A stretch of DNA of 64,000 nucleotides from a virus. Shown piece after piece: positions 31,499-41,567 of this stretch. The DNA is taken from positions 64,412-128,411 of the IMG/VR virus record IMGVR_UViG_3300008266_000033; one strand, 5' to 3'. Numbering within the stretch: the stretch's first letter is position 1; the number at the start of each line of letters is the position of its first letter. Below the pieces are notes generated by a model, which was not told where the DNA came from, ran no database searches, and worked only from the letters and a program-made list of their open reading frames with translations. A program made the translations under genes and the position numbers.

Positions 31499-32185
31499 TT
31501 AGTCTCTATATTCCATATAGACTTTTAAAATTTCTTCTACTATTTCATGGCGATGATTAGTTTTAAGAGTCATTACTTTAACTCCTTTAACCCGCTCTTC
31601 TAATCGTAAAAAGAAATCAATACCTGAATCTTTTCTAACTTTTAAGTCAATTTGGGCTATATCTCCACAGAATACCATTTTACCACCTCTACCTAAACGA
31701 CCTAACATCATTTCAGTTTGCTGGTGAGTAATATTTTGACATTCATCTACAATTACAAATGAATTAGGAAATGTTCTACCTCTCATAAATGCAAAAGGTA
31801 CTATCTCAATTTCACCTTCAGCTACCATTTTATCTATTCTATCTTTATCATAAAGTAAATAAAGATTAGCATAAATAGGAGCTAACCAAGGATCCATTTT
31901 TTCCTTTAAATCACCTGGTAAAAAACCAATTTCTTCTTTTGCTACTGTAGGACGAGTAATAATAATTTTCTCTATATCCTTTTTAAAAAACATATCTAGT
32001 GCAGATTGACAGGCAACTAATGTTTTACCTGAACCTGCCATACCTTTTAATAAAACTATCGGGTTTGAATATATTAACTGTTTGGCTTCTTTTTGTTCAT
32101 CGTTTAAAGTAAGCTTAAACTTAATTTCACCTTTAGGTTTTCTTTTTTCTTTGAAGATCTCGTCTTCATGGTGATTACTAGCCAT
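31499..32185 (-). CDS. phoH: PhoH-like ATPase
   Basis: GMAGSGKT, IGFLPG, FMRGRTF, DECQN, RLG, GD..QIDL, RH.IV. Confidence 0.95.
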   Translation of the reverse strand: MASNHHEDEIFKEKRKPKGEIKFKLTLNDEQKEAKQLIYSNPIVLLKGMAGSGKTLVACQSALDMFFKKDIEKIIITRPTVAKEEIGFLPGDLKEKMDPWLAPIYANLYLLYDKDRIDKMVAEGEIEIVPFAFMRGRTFPNSFVIVDECQNITHQQTEMMLGRLGRGGKMVFCGDIAQIDLKVRKDSGIDFFLRLEERVKGVKVMTLKTNHRHEIVEEILKVYMEYRD

Positions 32186-32203
32186 AATGTTTTATTATAA
32201 ATA

Positions 32204-32929
32204 TTAATCTCTTGTTGAAATTTTTACCAATTTATCAATTCCTGCTTCAACATGCATATGTTCAGGTAAACATAATTCAAAATCAAAACGTGAATCTAAA
32301 GGCAATACTAAATCTGTTTGAGAACCCCATCTGATAAGAGAAAATCTACTATTTTGAGTAAATAATTCATTTTGATCTGTAGTAAAAGGAACTATAACAT
32401 CTACATCCTCGTCTGCAATTTGTATCATATAATAAGAATAATCTAAAGATGGAGAATATACTTTATTCCACATTCTTTCATTATTTTTTACATAAGGAAT
32501 AACATGCTTTGGATTTATAACTCCATTTAATAGATTTTTTTCAACAGCCAACATAGGTTTATTACTTGATTCAATTGAATCTAATTGTTTATATTGTAAT
32601 ACACCTGTATATGGGATTCTATTAATATGAACATCATAAAATGACATGAATATACCAATTACAAGAGATGGTTTATTATAACTTTTATCACCCATTAATT
32701 CTTGTAATGAATAGTTCATACCCTTTACCTCAACCATAGCTTTTGAAGGATCCTCTACTATTTTTTGATATAAAACCACACCATCTGCTGGAGCGTAGAA
32801 ATGTTGATTATCTATATAAGTGGGGCGCATAGGATCCCTAAAGAAAAATGTATTTCCTAATTCTACTAGGGATAATTTTTCTAATTCGGCTACATCAGTA
32901 TCCAACCATTCTTCTATTGTTTTTGCCAT
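32204..32929 (-). CDS. psd: phosphatidylserine decarboxylase-family (pyruvoyl) enzyme lacking a membrane anchor
   Basis: FFRDP.R, APADG, IFMS.YDVH.NR.P, IRWGSQTD (G|S self-cleavage site). Confidence 0.8.
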   Translation of the reverse strand: MAKTIEEWLDTDVAELEKLSLVELGNTFFFRDPMRPTYIDNQHFYAPADGVVLYQKIVEDPSKAMVEVKGMNYSLQELMGDKSYNKPSLVIGIFMSFYDVHINRIPYTGVLQYKQLDSIESSNKPMLAVEKNLLNGVINPKHVIPYVKNNERMWNKVYSPSLDYSYYMIQIADEDVDVIVPFTTDQNELFTQNSRFSLIRWGSQTDLVLPLDSRFDFELCLPEHMHVEAGIDKLVKISTRD

Positions 32930-32930
32930 C

Positions 32931-33845
32931 TTATACTAACTGTTTGTAATAATCAACATAATTTAAATGCATAACCATACAGCTCAATAAAGCTCCTGAT
33001 TTCATATATTCTGATAGGTTAAAGAATACTGGTTCCATTCCTTCTTTAGCACATATTGCTTCTAATGAATTAATCTTATGTTTTTCATAAGCATAATCCT
33101 CATGAGTTTTACTTAATTCAGAAATATTAGAAGCACATAAAATTAAATTACCAAAACGAACTGAATTAGTAATACCACCCAAGGCATCATCTTCATCTAT
33201 GTCTATAACTTGAGTATATTTTTCTATATCGCGGATCTCTTCAGGATCAAACATCGACGTGCAAATCATAGTTTTTTCTTTACTGAGTGGAAAAATTGAA
33301 CAGTCCAAATGATATAAATAATCATCAACCATTTCAACATCAATAATATTCATACCAAATTGTTCCCGCATCCACTCATATGTTTTATGATCGGTACGGA
33401 TACCTGAACCACCAATATAATTATTACCTCCAATAAATTTAAGATCAGCCTCTCCTTCCCATTTATAAGGACATAAATGAGTATCATAATTCATTAATTT
33501 GAAAAATGCCTCTCCAATTTTTTCTTCTCCTATTCTAGGTTCTGAGGTGTAATTAGATAAAACTATATTATTTGAATCTTTAATATGAGGTAAATAAATA
33601 CCTAAATTAGCCACATATACTTGATCTTGAAAATCACCAAGAGATGGAAGTAAATATACTAACCCATCTCCTGATAGGAAATTATAAAGATCCATAAATT
33701 GTTTATAAGCTTTTTTTCTATTTACTTGTAGATCATCTGGTGATAATTCTTTCATCCAAATGTTATTAGGATTCTTAGTATCCAAAGTAAATGGGAAATT
33801 CATTACATAACTTGGGATGTTTAATTGTGATGGGGTTTCTTTCAT
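32931..33845 (-). CDS. amidinotransferase superfamily enzyme (arginine dihydrolase/citrullinase/DDAH-like)
   Basis: DQVYVAN, EGEAD, YHLDC, SEYMKSGALLSC. Probable start at ATG 33845 (MKETPSQ), because the ORF-track extension overlaps the promoter. Confidence 0.85.
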   Translation of the reverse strand: MKETPSQLNIPSYVMNFPFTLDTKNPNNIWMKELSPDDLQVNRKKAYKQFMDLYNFLSGDGLVYLLPSLGDFQDQVYVANLGIYLPHIKDSNNIVLSNYTSEPRIGEEKIGEAFFKLMNYDTHLCPYKWEGEADLKFIGGNNYIGGSGIRTDHKTYEWMREQFGMNIIDVEMVDDYLYHLDCSIFPLSKEKTMICTSMFDPEEIRDIEKYTQVIDIDEDDALGGITNSVRFGNLILCASNISELSKTHEDYAYEKHKINSLEAICAKEGMEPVFFNLSEYMKSGALLSCMVMHLNYVDYYKQLV

Positions 33846-33867
33846 ATTTGTTAACATTGATTTAACA

Positions 33868-33899
33868 TAAATATAATAAAACCTACTAAAAACCACAAG
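33868..33899 (-). promoter_or_regulatory. Bacteroidota-type -33/-7 promoter for the amidinotransferase-PSD cassette
   Basis: Sense CTTG-N20-TATATTTA. Confidence 0.65.
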
Positions 33900-33917
33900 T
33901 TAAATAAAAAGAAAAAC

Positions 33918-33942
33918 AAAAAGGGCCGCAAATTGCGGCCCT
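33918..33942 (-). terminator. intrinsic terminator after major capsid gene
   Basis: AGGGCCGCAA-T-TTGCGGCCCT followed by a T-run. Confidence 0.85.
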
Positions 33943-33964
33943 CTGTTTTTATATGTTATGTAGA

Positions 33965-35581
33965 TTAAAGAGTATTTAATCCAGATACATAAATTTTCCC
34001 ATAAAACTCGGGACGTAACATCTTCTTAGCGTAACGAGTCAAGAGACCTTTTCTTGGTGTAAAGGTATCAGGATCGTACACTAATGGAGTCATTACGAGT
34101 GGTACATAAGGAGCAAATACAGCACCTGCTTCTAAGAACTGGCTACCTCTGAAACCTAATAAAATAGTGTTTTCAGTCATGTATGGGTTCTTGTAAACAT
34201 TGTATCTACCATTCAATGAACCAGCTTTCTGAACACCAAACGCATATTGCATTTGAGCAGCATCACCATTGTTATTAGCAGCGAATCCTGGAATTGATTC
34301 AAGGATAGTTGCTACTGTAGGAGAGCATACTAAGAAGTTTGCACCACCACGAAGTGTTAATTGGTGAATTTTGTTGCTAAGTTTCTGAATCTTAGTACCA
34401 AGAGTTTGGAACCAACCACCTTGAGTATTATAGAATCCTAAAGTAGCTGCAGGAGTTGCTGATGCACCAGTAATAACAGTGTTATTAATTGCTGACCAAT
34501 ATTCAGTACCAGCTGCTGCATCTTGAATCAACATATCAAGAATTTCGAGGTCAATTTCCATAGAAATATACTCGCTCATGATGTTAGTTAATTCAGCTTC
34601 AGCATCGATATTTTGGTAAGCACTTAAATCTTGTGCATATTCAGGTGTCCAAACTGCCTTTAATTTACGTGTTTTAGCCACAATTGCTTGTGATTGCATT
34701 TTTACGTTAATTTCTGGGATTGCAATTGGGTTATTTTGACCATTCAACTGAGTGTTACCATCTTCAAAGTCGCCTCTCTTATTATCGGCTGTGGCTAATG
34801 AATGAGAAACAACAAATGTTAATGTTCCACCACCTACTTGTGAACCAGTTACTACAAATGTTACTGAAGTTCCGCTTGTAGTTGTGAAAGCTGGTAAATA
34901 AGTTAAAGCAACACTTGATGAATATGGAACAAAACTTCTAGCTGCTTCAAAATCTGTAGTAGTTGGTAAAGAAACTGTAATAGTTTTCCATTGACCTGCT
35001 ACAGCTGAAGCTGAGTAATCAGAATCAAAATTAAAAGTTGTACCCCAGTTAGCTGAACTAGTAGTTGAAGTAGCTGTAGATGCTGTGTTATTTACTGAGT
35101 AACCAAATCTACCAGCACCATAAAGACCACCATCAGTAGTGTTAGTAGCGAATGGATAGGTAGAGTTAACTGTTGAAGTACCACCGTACATTGAACCATT
35201 TTGAGTAAATGGAGCTTTGTTAGTACCGTATTGAAAATCTAGGAAGAATACTAGTCCAGAAGGTAAGTTCATTGGTTGAACTGAAACGAATTCTTTCGCT
35301 ACAATTTGACCAAATACCTTACGTACTAATGGAAGAGCAATACCAGCCCAGTTCTCACCTTGTCCTACTGTAAAAGTGTTATTTGTAGTAGAAGTAGTTG
35401 AGTTTTCAGTTACTAATTGTTTTGCTTGATTTTCAAGCAACATTGCCATGTTGTTTCTGTCGGCTTCTGTTAAACCTTCCAATAAACCGGTTTTAGACCA
35501 TTTAGAGGCCAATCTACCGGCATCACTTTGAAGTGATTTCCAAGGGTTAGCAGATTCCAATAATGATTGAATTGAGTTCAT
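33965..35581 (-). CDS. major capsid protein (gp23-like)
   Basis: LPLVRKVF, VSVQPMNLPSGLVFFLD, AKTRKLKA.WT.E.AQDL, EIDLEIL, RGGANF, APYVPL, FTPRKG..TRYA. Confidence 0.96.
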   Translation of the reverse strand: MNSIQSLLESANPWKSLQSDAGRLASKWSKTGLLEGLTEADRNNMAMLLENQAKQLVTENSTTSTTNNTFTVGQGENWAGIALPLVRKVFGQIVAKEFVSVQPMNLPSGLVFFLDFQYGTNKAPFTQNGSMYGGTSTVNSTYPFATNTTDGGLYGAGRFGYSVNNTASTATSTTSSANWGTTFNFDSDYSASAVAGQWKTITVSLPTTTDFEAARSFVPYSSSVALTYLPAFTTTSGTSVTFVVTGSQVGGGTLTFVVSHSLATADNKRGDFEDGNTQLNGQNNPIAIPEINVKMQSQAIVAKTRKLKAVWTPEYAQDLSAYQNIDAEAELTNIMSEYISMEIDLEILDMLIQDAAAGTEYWSAINNTVITGASATPAATLGFYNTQGGWFQTLGTKIQKLSNKIHQLTLRGGANFLVCSPTVATILESIPGFAANNNGDAAQMQYAFGVQKAGSLNGRYNVYKNPYMTENTILLGFRGSQFLEAGAVFAPYVPLVMTPLVYDPDTFTPRKGLLTRYAKKMLRPEFYGKIYVSGLNTL

Positions 35582-35612
35582 ATTATTTTAAATCTTTTTT
35601 TAGGGTTAATAA

Positions 35613-36593
35613 TTATTTTAATCCAGCTAATTTTTGCATTCTTGAGAATACATCATTAACTTCGATTATTGGTTGTTTTGTCTCTGGTTTTGAAATAACT
35701 TTAGAAGCTGAACCTAATGATTCTTTAATAGATGATTTGGTTTTGTTAGTATTTACCATTAAAGATTCATAAACTAGTTTTACTTCTTTTACATTTAATG
35801 CTTTATCAAAAGCACTTAAAACTTTAACTTTTTCAGACTCAGTCAATGATTTAGCTTTGAAAATCTTGTTGGTATAAAGAAGTTTTGCATTCAAAAGATT
35901 AATTTCGTTAAGTTCGCTTTTTAATGTTTTAATAACATCATATGCTTCTTTTAACTTTTCATCTTCTTCATCTTTTTTAGGAGCTGATTTTTTCTTATCT
36001 CTCATTGCTTGCATTTTCATCTTCATTGATTTTTCTTTTGCTGCTTCAGCTAAAAGTTCATCAATGCTGATTTCTTCTGCACCTCCCATTTCTTCTTCAC
36101 CACCCATTTCTGGTTGGCCACCTTCTAATTCTCCAGAAGCTACCATATCTTGAATTACATCTTCAATAAATTTGGTAAGATCTCCTTCTGACATGTCTTC
36201 GATGTTAAACTCTTCTTCAGTTTCCATTTCTTCGCCTTCTTCATCACCTTCGGCTTCGTAAAGTTCTTCTAAATCTTCACCTTCTTCCATTGGTTCTGAA
36301 TCTTTGTCTAATTCGGCTAGAAGTTCTTCTAAATCGAGTTCTCCTTCTTCCATTGATTCTTCGCCTTCTTCCATTTTCATATCGTCACCTTCATACATTT
36401 TTTCTTCATCCATGTACATGTTTTCTTCCATTTCATCCGCTTCATCTAATGCAGCGATTCTAGTGGCTAAGGTTTCTTTTAAAAATGGAGTAAAAGCTTC
36501 TTCTAAAGCAACTTTAGCTTGAGCTAATGCGGTTTCTTTTACTGCTTTGGCATCAGCGATAGCTTCTTTAAGCAGGTCTCTGTTTGATTCCAT
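35613..36593 (-). CDS. prohead core/scaffold protein (gp22-like)
   Basis: Very acidic and coiled-coil, many LxE sites, lies between protease and MCP, ends RMQKLAGLK. Confidence 0.8.
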   Translation of the reverse strand: MESNRDLLKEAIADAKAVKETALAQAKVALEEAFTPFLKETLATRIAALDEADEMEENMYMDEEKMYEGDDMKMEEGEESMEEGELDLEELLAELDKDSEPMEEGEDLEELYEAEGDEEGEEMETEEEFNIEDMSEGDLTKFIEDVIQDMVASGELEGGQPEMGGEEEMGGAEEISIDELLAEAAKEKSMKMKMQAMRDKKKSAPKKDEEDEKLKEAYDVIKTLKSELNEINLLNAKLLYTNKIFKAKSLTESEKVKVLSAFDKALNVKEVKLVYESLMVNTNKTKSSIKESLGSASKVISKPETKQPIIEVNDVFSRMQKLAGLK

Positions 36594-36626
36594 AAAATTT
36601 AATCCTCAAAATTTTTTGTTGGGAAA

Positions 36627-36690
36627 TATACTTATTAGTCAAGTATAATAAAAATAGATAGTTATCGATGCTATATCAGTAAAATAGCAT
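36627..36690 (-). promoter_or_regulatory. two-hairpin 5' leader of the scaffold-MCP operon
   Basis: Inverted repeats TATACTT/AAGTATA (36627-36647) and ATGCTAT/ATAGCAT (36668-36690). Confidence 0.45.
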
Positions 36691-36732
36691 ATTCGGGCAT
36701 ACATACCGCAAAAATTTTCAAAAAATCGATAT

Positions 36733-36783
36733 AAAAAAAGAAAGGCGCATTTCTGCGCCTCGATCCTAAAAGACTATTTTAGG
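36733..36783 (-). terminator. terminator (with an upstream hairpin) after prohead protease
   Basis: CCTAAAA-TAGTC-TTTTAGG, then AGGCGCA-GAAA-TGCGCCT followed by TTCTTTTTTT. Confidence 0.8.
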
Positions 36784-36790
36784 AGGGGTT

Positions 36791-37435
36791 CTAATATAAT
36801 GGGCATGTGCCATTAGCACATAAAATTTCGGTAATTAATTTATTTACTTTATTATATGGGTTTATATCGGTAGATTTACCTTCGGCTAATTGAACTGTTT
36901 TCATCCAAGATCCTGGATTTGATGGGTTTGATACTGCGTCCCATGTTAATAAATCAAAATCATCTTGAACTTCCATTACTTCTCCTACTTGTTCCAATGA
37001 ACCCATACCACGAGAAGAAATTCCAAATAATAGTTTATTTTTTATATAGGCTCCTAAAATTCTTCCTGATACTGTACCATATTCACCTGGATCAGAAAAT
37101 ACTTCTAATATTCCTTTTACATGATCACCATCCCACCATATTTTTCTGATTGCATGAGAGCCATTTTTTAAATTGATGATTTGGCTATCAGGATGGTCTA
37201 ATTCTCCCACTGTTTCAGTGGTACCCATATTAATTTTTTGCTGGAATTTATTTAATTCTCTTTCCCAAAGTTCTTTTTTATAATAACGACCATTACCATT
37301 TTTTACCTCTACAGTGGCTAATACCCCTTCAACAAATATGTTTTTATTTGAAGATATATTACCTAATCCTTCTATTAATTTAATAGGAGGAGTAGTATAA
37401 GTGAATGGTTTGGTTTCTATTAATAATTCTTTCAT
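36791..37435 (-). CDS. prohead core protease (gp21-like)
   Basis: N.NGRYY, GELDHP, SH.I, GISSRG.GS, DF.L..WD.VS.PS. Confidence 0.95.
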   Translation of the reverse strand: MKELLIETKPFTYTTPPIKLIEGLGNISSNKNIFVEGVLATVEVKNGNGRYYKKELWERELNKFQQKINMGTTETVGELDHPDSQIINLKNGSHAIRKIWWDGDHVKGILEVFSDPGEYGTVSGRILGAYIKNKLLFGISSRGMGSLEQVGEVMEVQDDFDLLTWDAVSNPSNPGSWMKTVQLAEGKSTDINPYNKVNKLITEILCANGTCPLY

Positions 37436-37441
37436 GAATAT

Positions 37442-38260
37442 CTATTTATTACTAAATTGTTTTTGATAAGCATTATCACCAATTGCGTTTCTATGGAGTT
37501 GATTAATCTCATCCCAACCATCATCATTTACATATATTTTATCTTTAGTACCATCATCATAAGTTATATTATATGATGTATCACCATTTTGGGTATATGT
37601 TCTAACTGTTTTTCCATTAATCTCAATAGAACCTTCATTTAATTCTTCTTTAATAATTTTAGAAATATGTTCACGAAGTTTAGATTCTTTTACAATTTTG
37701 GGAGCTACTTCAACACCTGCGGCTTTATATTTACCTTTTACTTCTTTAGTAGGAGTTGATTCTTTATAACCTATACCTTTAATACCAAATTGGCTGTTTT
37801 TAGTATAATACATGATATCTTTAGCTAAATTTTTAGCTACGATAGCCTTTAATTCTTCAACTGTTTTTTCAGAATTTTTAGGATCTTTCATCTCAACATA
37901 GTAACCTGTAAGAAATTGAGGTCCAAAAACATTATCAATATTTTTAGGATCTTTATAATCAAAACCTCTAGTTTCCATATCAACTATTTCTTTAGTTGGT
38001 TTAGATTCTATAGCTTTAGCTTCATTAATATTTTCATCAAAAATTTTAAACCAATCTGGTTTTTGATCTGATTGAGTTACTAAACCACCAATAAATCTTT
38101 CAGTTAAAATAGATTTATTTTTTAAAATTTTAGTAGCATCATTAAATGAAGTGTATTGATTTACATATTGAGGAAATATACGTCTTGCAGATTTCATAAA
38201 GAAATCTTTATCACCTTTTCCTTCTAAAATTAAATTATATTGTTCTTGTAGTGTTTTCAT
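37442..38260 (-). CDS. hypothetical head-associated protein with LxE-ending leaders
   Basis: Begins MKTLQEQYNLILE; internal SKLREHISKIIKEELNE. Confidence 0.7.
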   Translation of the reverse strand: MKTLQEQYNLILEGKGDKDFFMKSARRIFPQYVNQYTSFNDATKILKNKSILTERFIGGLVTQSDQKPDWFKIFDENINEAKAIESKPTKEIVDMETRGFDYKDPKNIDNVFGPQFLTGYYVEMKDPKNSEKTVEELKAIVAKNLAKDIMYYTKNSQFGIKGIGYKESTPTKEVKGKYKAAGVEVAPKIVKESKLREHISKIIKEELNEGSIEINGKTVRTYTQNGDTSYNITYDDGTKDKIYVNDDGWDEINQLHRNAIGDNAYQKQFSNK

Positions 38261-38263
38261 TTG

Positions 38264-38773
38264 TTAGTCTTTAAATAAGGTTATTAAATCATCTAAGTAA
38301 GATTCAGCTATATCTGTACCAAACAATACTTGAAATTCTTTATTTCTTTCATAGAAATTTATAGTTTGTTGTTTAGCACTTTTAATTAAAGGAACTAATT
38401 CATTAATTTTATTTTCAATATTATCAAATCCTAAAATTCTATTAGAAATAAATTTCTTTAATTTTTTGTCTTCAATGCCTAATGAATTAATGTAAGTTTC
38501 TAAATCAAATTTATCTTCATTTAGTTTACTTTTCCATAAATCCTTATGGTCTATTCCTTTAGCTTTTTTATGTAGTGCCTTAGCATTTACAGGTTTGAAT
38601 CCTAACTTATAATAGTAAATATTTTGAGCACCTTTAGCTTTTTTATTTGGATTAAAAGCATTAGGAGTAGCATAATTAGCTCCTACACCAGGAGTAAAAG
38701 AAGCGCCACCACCAGTGGTGTTCATTTCTTTAATTTTTTTTCTAATTATTTCTCTAAGGTTAAGATTTTCCAT
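38264..38773 (-). CDS. hypothetical head-associated protein
   Basis: LREIIRKKIKE leader, then TTGGGASFTPG.G.NYATP.AF. Confidence 0.7.
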   Translation of the reverse strand: MENLNLREIIRKKIKEMNTTGGGASFTPGVGANYATPNAFNPNKKAKGAQNIYYYKLGFKPVNAKALHKKAKGIDHKDLWKSKLNEDKFDLETYINSLGIEDKKLKKFISNRILGFDNIENKINELVPLIKSAKQQTINFYERNKEFQVLFGTDIAESYLDDLITLFKD

Positions 38774-39614
38774 GGATTTTCTGTAATTCTTCTACTAATG
38801 AGCAATACTGAAGTAGATTTACTAAATCTTCATCTTTGATTTTATCTGATTCTTTTAATAAACTAGTAATTTCGTTTAATTTTATCTTTACTGATTCATC
38901 AGTAACTTTTTTAGTTAATGATAGTAAAGTTTTTTTAAACTCAAAAATCTTGGTATTATAAACTTCTTTTAATTTAACTATATTATCCGATGAATTAATA
39001 AATTCTTTTAGAATCAATTTCTGACCAGATGATAAATCCTTATATTTTTCGTTAAATTTTTCAAGTAAAATCTTATATGTTAAAACCCGAACATCTTTAT
39101 CGTAGCTTTTAAACTCAGAAATAACATCGTTTTCTACTTTTTGTTTATTGATAGTAGAAGCTGTTAAGTATTCTAATAAAGTGAGTTTATTATCTATAAT
39201 TTGTTTTGGATTTTTGGTCTTATTTTCTGAGGTGTAAAGCTCAATTAAGTTATATAATGAGGCTTGAGCTTTGTAATTAGGAAGTTTAGTTTGAAATAAT
39301 TCTTCTAAATTAAGAGTTTCTTTTATTTCTTTAACAAGATTATATTTTTGTCGTCTTAAAAGAGACTTATTTAAACCTTTAGAAGTTTCTATAACCGTAT
39401 TTAAAATAGACTCAGCTTTTGCTTCACTTATATTTCGATAGGAAAATAAAGTTTCATAAAGTTTATATTCTTTACCTAATTCTGTTTTTACAAAATATTT
39501 TTTCAAAATAGGTAAAGCTTTAGAATCTTTTCCTGATAAAGAATCGGCTGTGATTTTCCTTACTAAAATCTCAAATATAATTCCTGTGTTTCTAAGCTTA
39601 TTGTGCTTTATCAT
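38760..39614 (-). CDS. hypothetical protein of the head module
   Basis: 284-aa ORF between portal and protease; late motif at 39636-39645. Confidence 0.75.
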   Translation of the reverse strand: MIKHNKLRNTGIIFEILVRKITADSLSGKDSKALPILKKYFVKTELGKEYKLYETLFSYRNISEAKAESILNTVIETSKGLNKSLLRRQKYNLVKEIKETLNLEELFQTKLPNYKAQASLYNLIELYTSENKTKNPKQIIDNKLTLLEYLTASTINKQKVENDVISEFKSYDKDVRVLTYKILLEKFNEKYKDLSSGQKLILKEFINSSDNIVKLKEVYNTKIFEFKKTLLSLTKKVTDESVKIKLNEITSLLKESDKIKDEDLVNLLQYCSLVEELQKIHGKS

Positions 39615-39655
39615 TAGGATAAAAAGTTATTTTTGTTATAAATATGTAAAAAAGA

Positions 39656-41545
39656 TTAATCTTCCCGTATATTGTCTTCATCTAGTAAAGAGCTGGCTTC
39701 TTGTTCTTCTCTAAAAAGATTTAACTTTTTATCCAACCCTTCAAGTAATGATTTACTTTGTTTATAGTGTGTTTTACTTTCTAAATTTAATCCACTTTTG
39801 CCCTTTCCGATATCAGGTTGATCATCTACTTTCATAGCTTTTACTCCTAATCTATCTTTACCTAAAGCATTATCTTGAGTATTAATATCAGATGCTTTTT
39901 CTACAGGTCGTCCTAAAGGAATATTTTCATTATACCCATCAGGTAAGTTATCAGGATTTGAACCCATTCTACCTTTACCATATAGGAATGCTAAATCATG
40001 TGGTGTACCGTAAGATTTACCAGATTCTAATGGATCATTTCCTTCGTTTAATATTTGATTAAATCTAAATGCACGTTTTTGATCTTGTACAATTAAGTCT
40101 CTATATTCAGAATATTCATCTTCACTTAAATGGAATATATTATCATAAACCCAATCTGAAGGGAGTAACTTTTTATCTAAAACATCACCTGCTAATGCTA
40201 CTTTTTCTTTTAATAAAGCAATCCTTTCCTGATCATAAATAATAGATGGAGTTGTTAATGATAATTCAAAATTAGTTAAACTTTCATCTTTATATCCCTG
40301 AGTGTATAAATGGATTAATGCTATTTTATATAATTCAGATAAAGCAATTCTTTGAATTCTATCAATAGTACGAGCAAATCTAATATCTTCTGCTGCTAAA
40401 GTAGCTTTACCTGTTAAATCTTTATCATAACCCAAAAATGCTTTTGGTACTTTTAATGCAGCAAATAATTTATCTCTTAAATAAGCAACGTCTTGAATAC
40501 CATCATAATCTAATCCTTTTGTAGTATCAATTCTAGTAGCACTATCATTACCTCTAACAGGAATGTAAAAATCTTCTAACATGTTTTGCATGTTATATTT
40601 TAAATTATACTCACCTGTTTGAGGATCCATAAGAGGAGTACGTTTCATAGTGGTAATAGTTTTTTGCATAAAACCTTCTACCTCGTTTGGTGGAATACCT
40701 CCTACGTTAATATAAAATATACGTTTCTCAGGAGCTCTAGCTATTCTATGAATAAGCATAGCATCTTCCATTAAAGTATATTGTTTAAATATTTTTCTAG
40801 CTGGTTCCAAATATGATCTACCATAAGGTAAAAAATTCATATCTGTTAATAATCTAAAGTGAACTATTTCGTAATTATCAAAAGTTACTCTATTAGATTC
40901 TTTATTTAAAGCTTGATTAGGTAAAGTATAATATCCTGAGGTTCCACTATAAAAACCTTCAGGTGAATAAATAAATCTTACTGCAGCTGGATGTTCTCTA
41001 TCATAATGCTCTTCTCGTGAAATGTGATAAGCAGCATATGGAATTACATTATAAACACCAAATTTTTCAGCAATTTCTAATTTTAGGAAAAAGTCACCGT
41101 ATTTACACATTTGGCGAATCCAACTCCATAAATTAAACTCAACATTTAATACATCATAAAATAAATTATAAAGAATCTTTTGAATATCATCATTAGAACT
41201 TCTAATTTGTAATACTTCTCCTAAATCATTCTTTAATGTACATTCATCTGCTATAATATCTAAACTCGAAGCAACGATAGCATCAGCATCCATCACATCA
41301 TAGTCAGAATATATTTGAGGTCTTAAATATTGGTAATTTAAATTAAGTTGATTACCATATAAAGATGTAGCTGCGGGGGAGTAAATTCGATTGAATCTAT
41401 CTATAAGAGAGTTAGTGACTACATCACCGGAGGTTTGAATGGAATCAGTATCCATTACTGTTAATTGATTACCCCCAGTGTTTCTTATAACAACATCGGT
41501 TGAAAATAATCTTTGTAATCTTGAAAATATACTTTTATCAGCCAT
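39656..41545 (-). CDS. portal protein (gp20-like)
   Basis: DIIADE, KYGD.F, PYGRSYLE, EDAMLIHRI.RAPEKRIFY, EDFYIP.RG, ALKVPK, EDIRFAR. Confidence 0.95.
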   Translation of the reverse strand: MADKSIFSRLQRLFSTDVVIRNTGGNQLTVMDTDSIQTSGDVVTNSLIDRFNRIYSPAATSLYGNQLNLNYQYLRPQIYSDYDVMDADAIVASSLDIIADECTLKNDLGEVLQIRSSNDDIQKILYNLFYDVLNVEFNLWSWIRQMCKYGDFFLKLEIAEKFGVYNVIPYAAYHISREEHYDREHPAAVRFIYSPEGFYSGTSGYYTLPNQALNKESNRVTFDNYEIVHFRLLTDMNFLPYGRSYLEPARKIFKQYTLMEDAMLIHRIARAPEKRIFYINVGGIPPNEVEGFMQKTITTMKRTPLMDPQTGEYNLKYNMQNMLEDFYIPVRGNDSATRIDTTKGLDYDGIQDVAYLRDKLFAALKVPKAFLGYDKDLTGKATLAAEDIRFARTIDRIQRIALSELYKIALIHLYTQGYKDESLTNFELSLTTPSIIYDQERIALLKEKVALAGDVLDKKLLPSDWVYDNIFHLSEDEYSEYRDLIVQDQKRAFRFNQILNEGNDPLESGKSYGTPHDLAFLYGKGRMGSNPDNLPDGYNENIPLGRPVEKASDINTQDNALGKDRLGVKAMKVDDQPDIGKGKSGLNLESKTHYKQSKSLLEGLDKKLNLFREEQEASSLLDEDNIRED

Positions 41546-41567
41546 GACTATACGATAATGAATTTTT

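Noticed and set aside
33846-33896. ORF-track N-terminal extensions (33896, 22680, 47124, 51144, 51784)
   Set aside because: They overlap promoters or upstream genes; downstream ATGs (33845, 22620, 47097, 51117, 51760) fit gene packing and family N-termini better.
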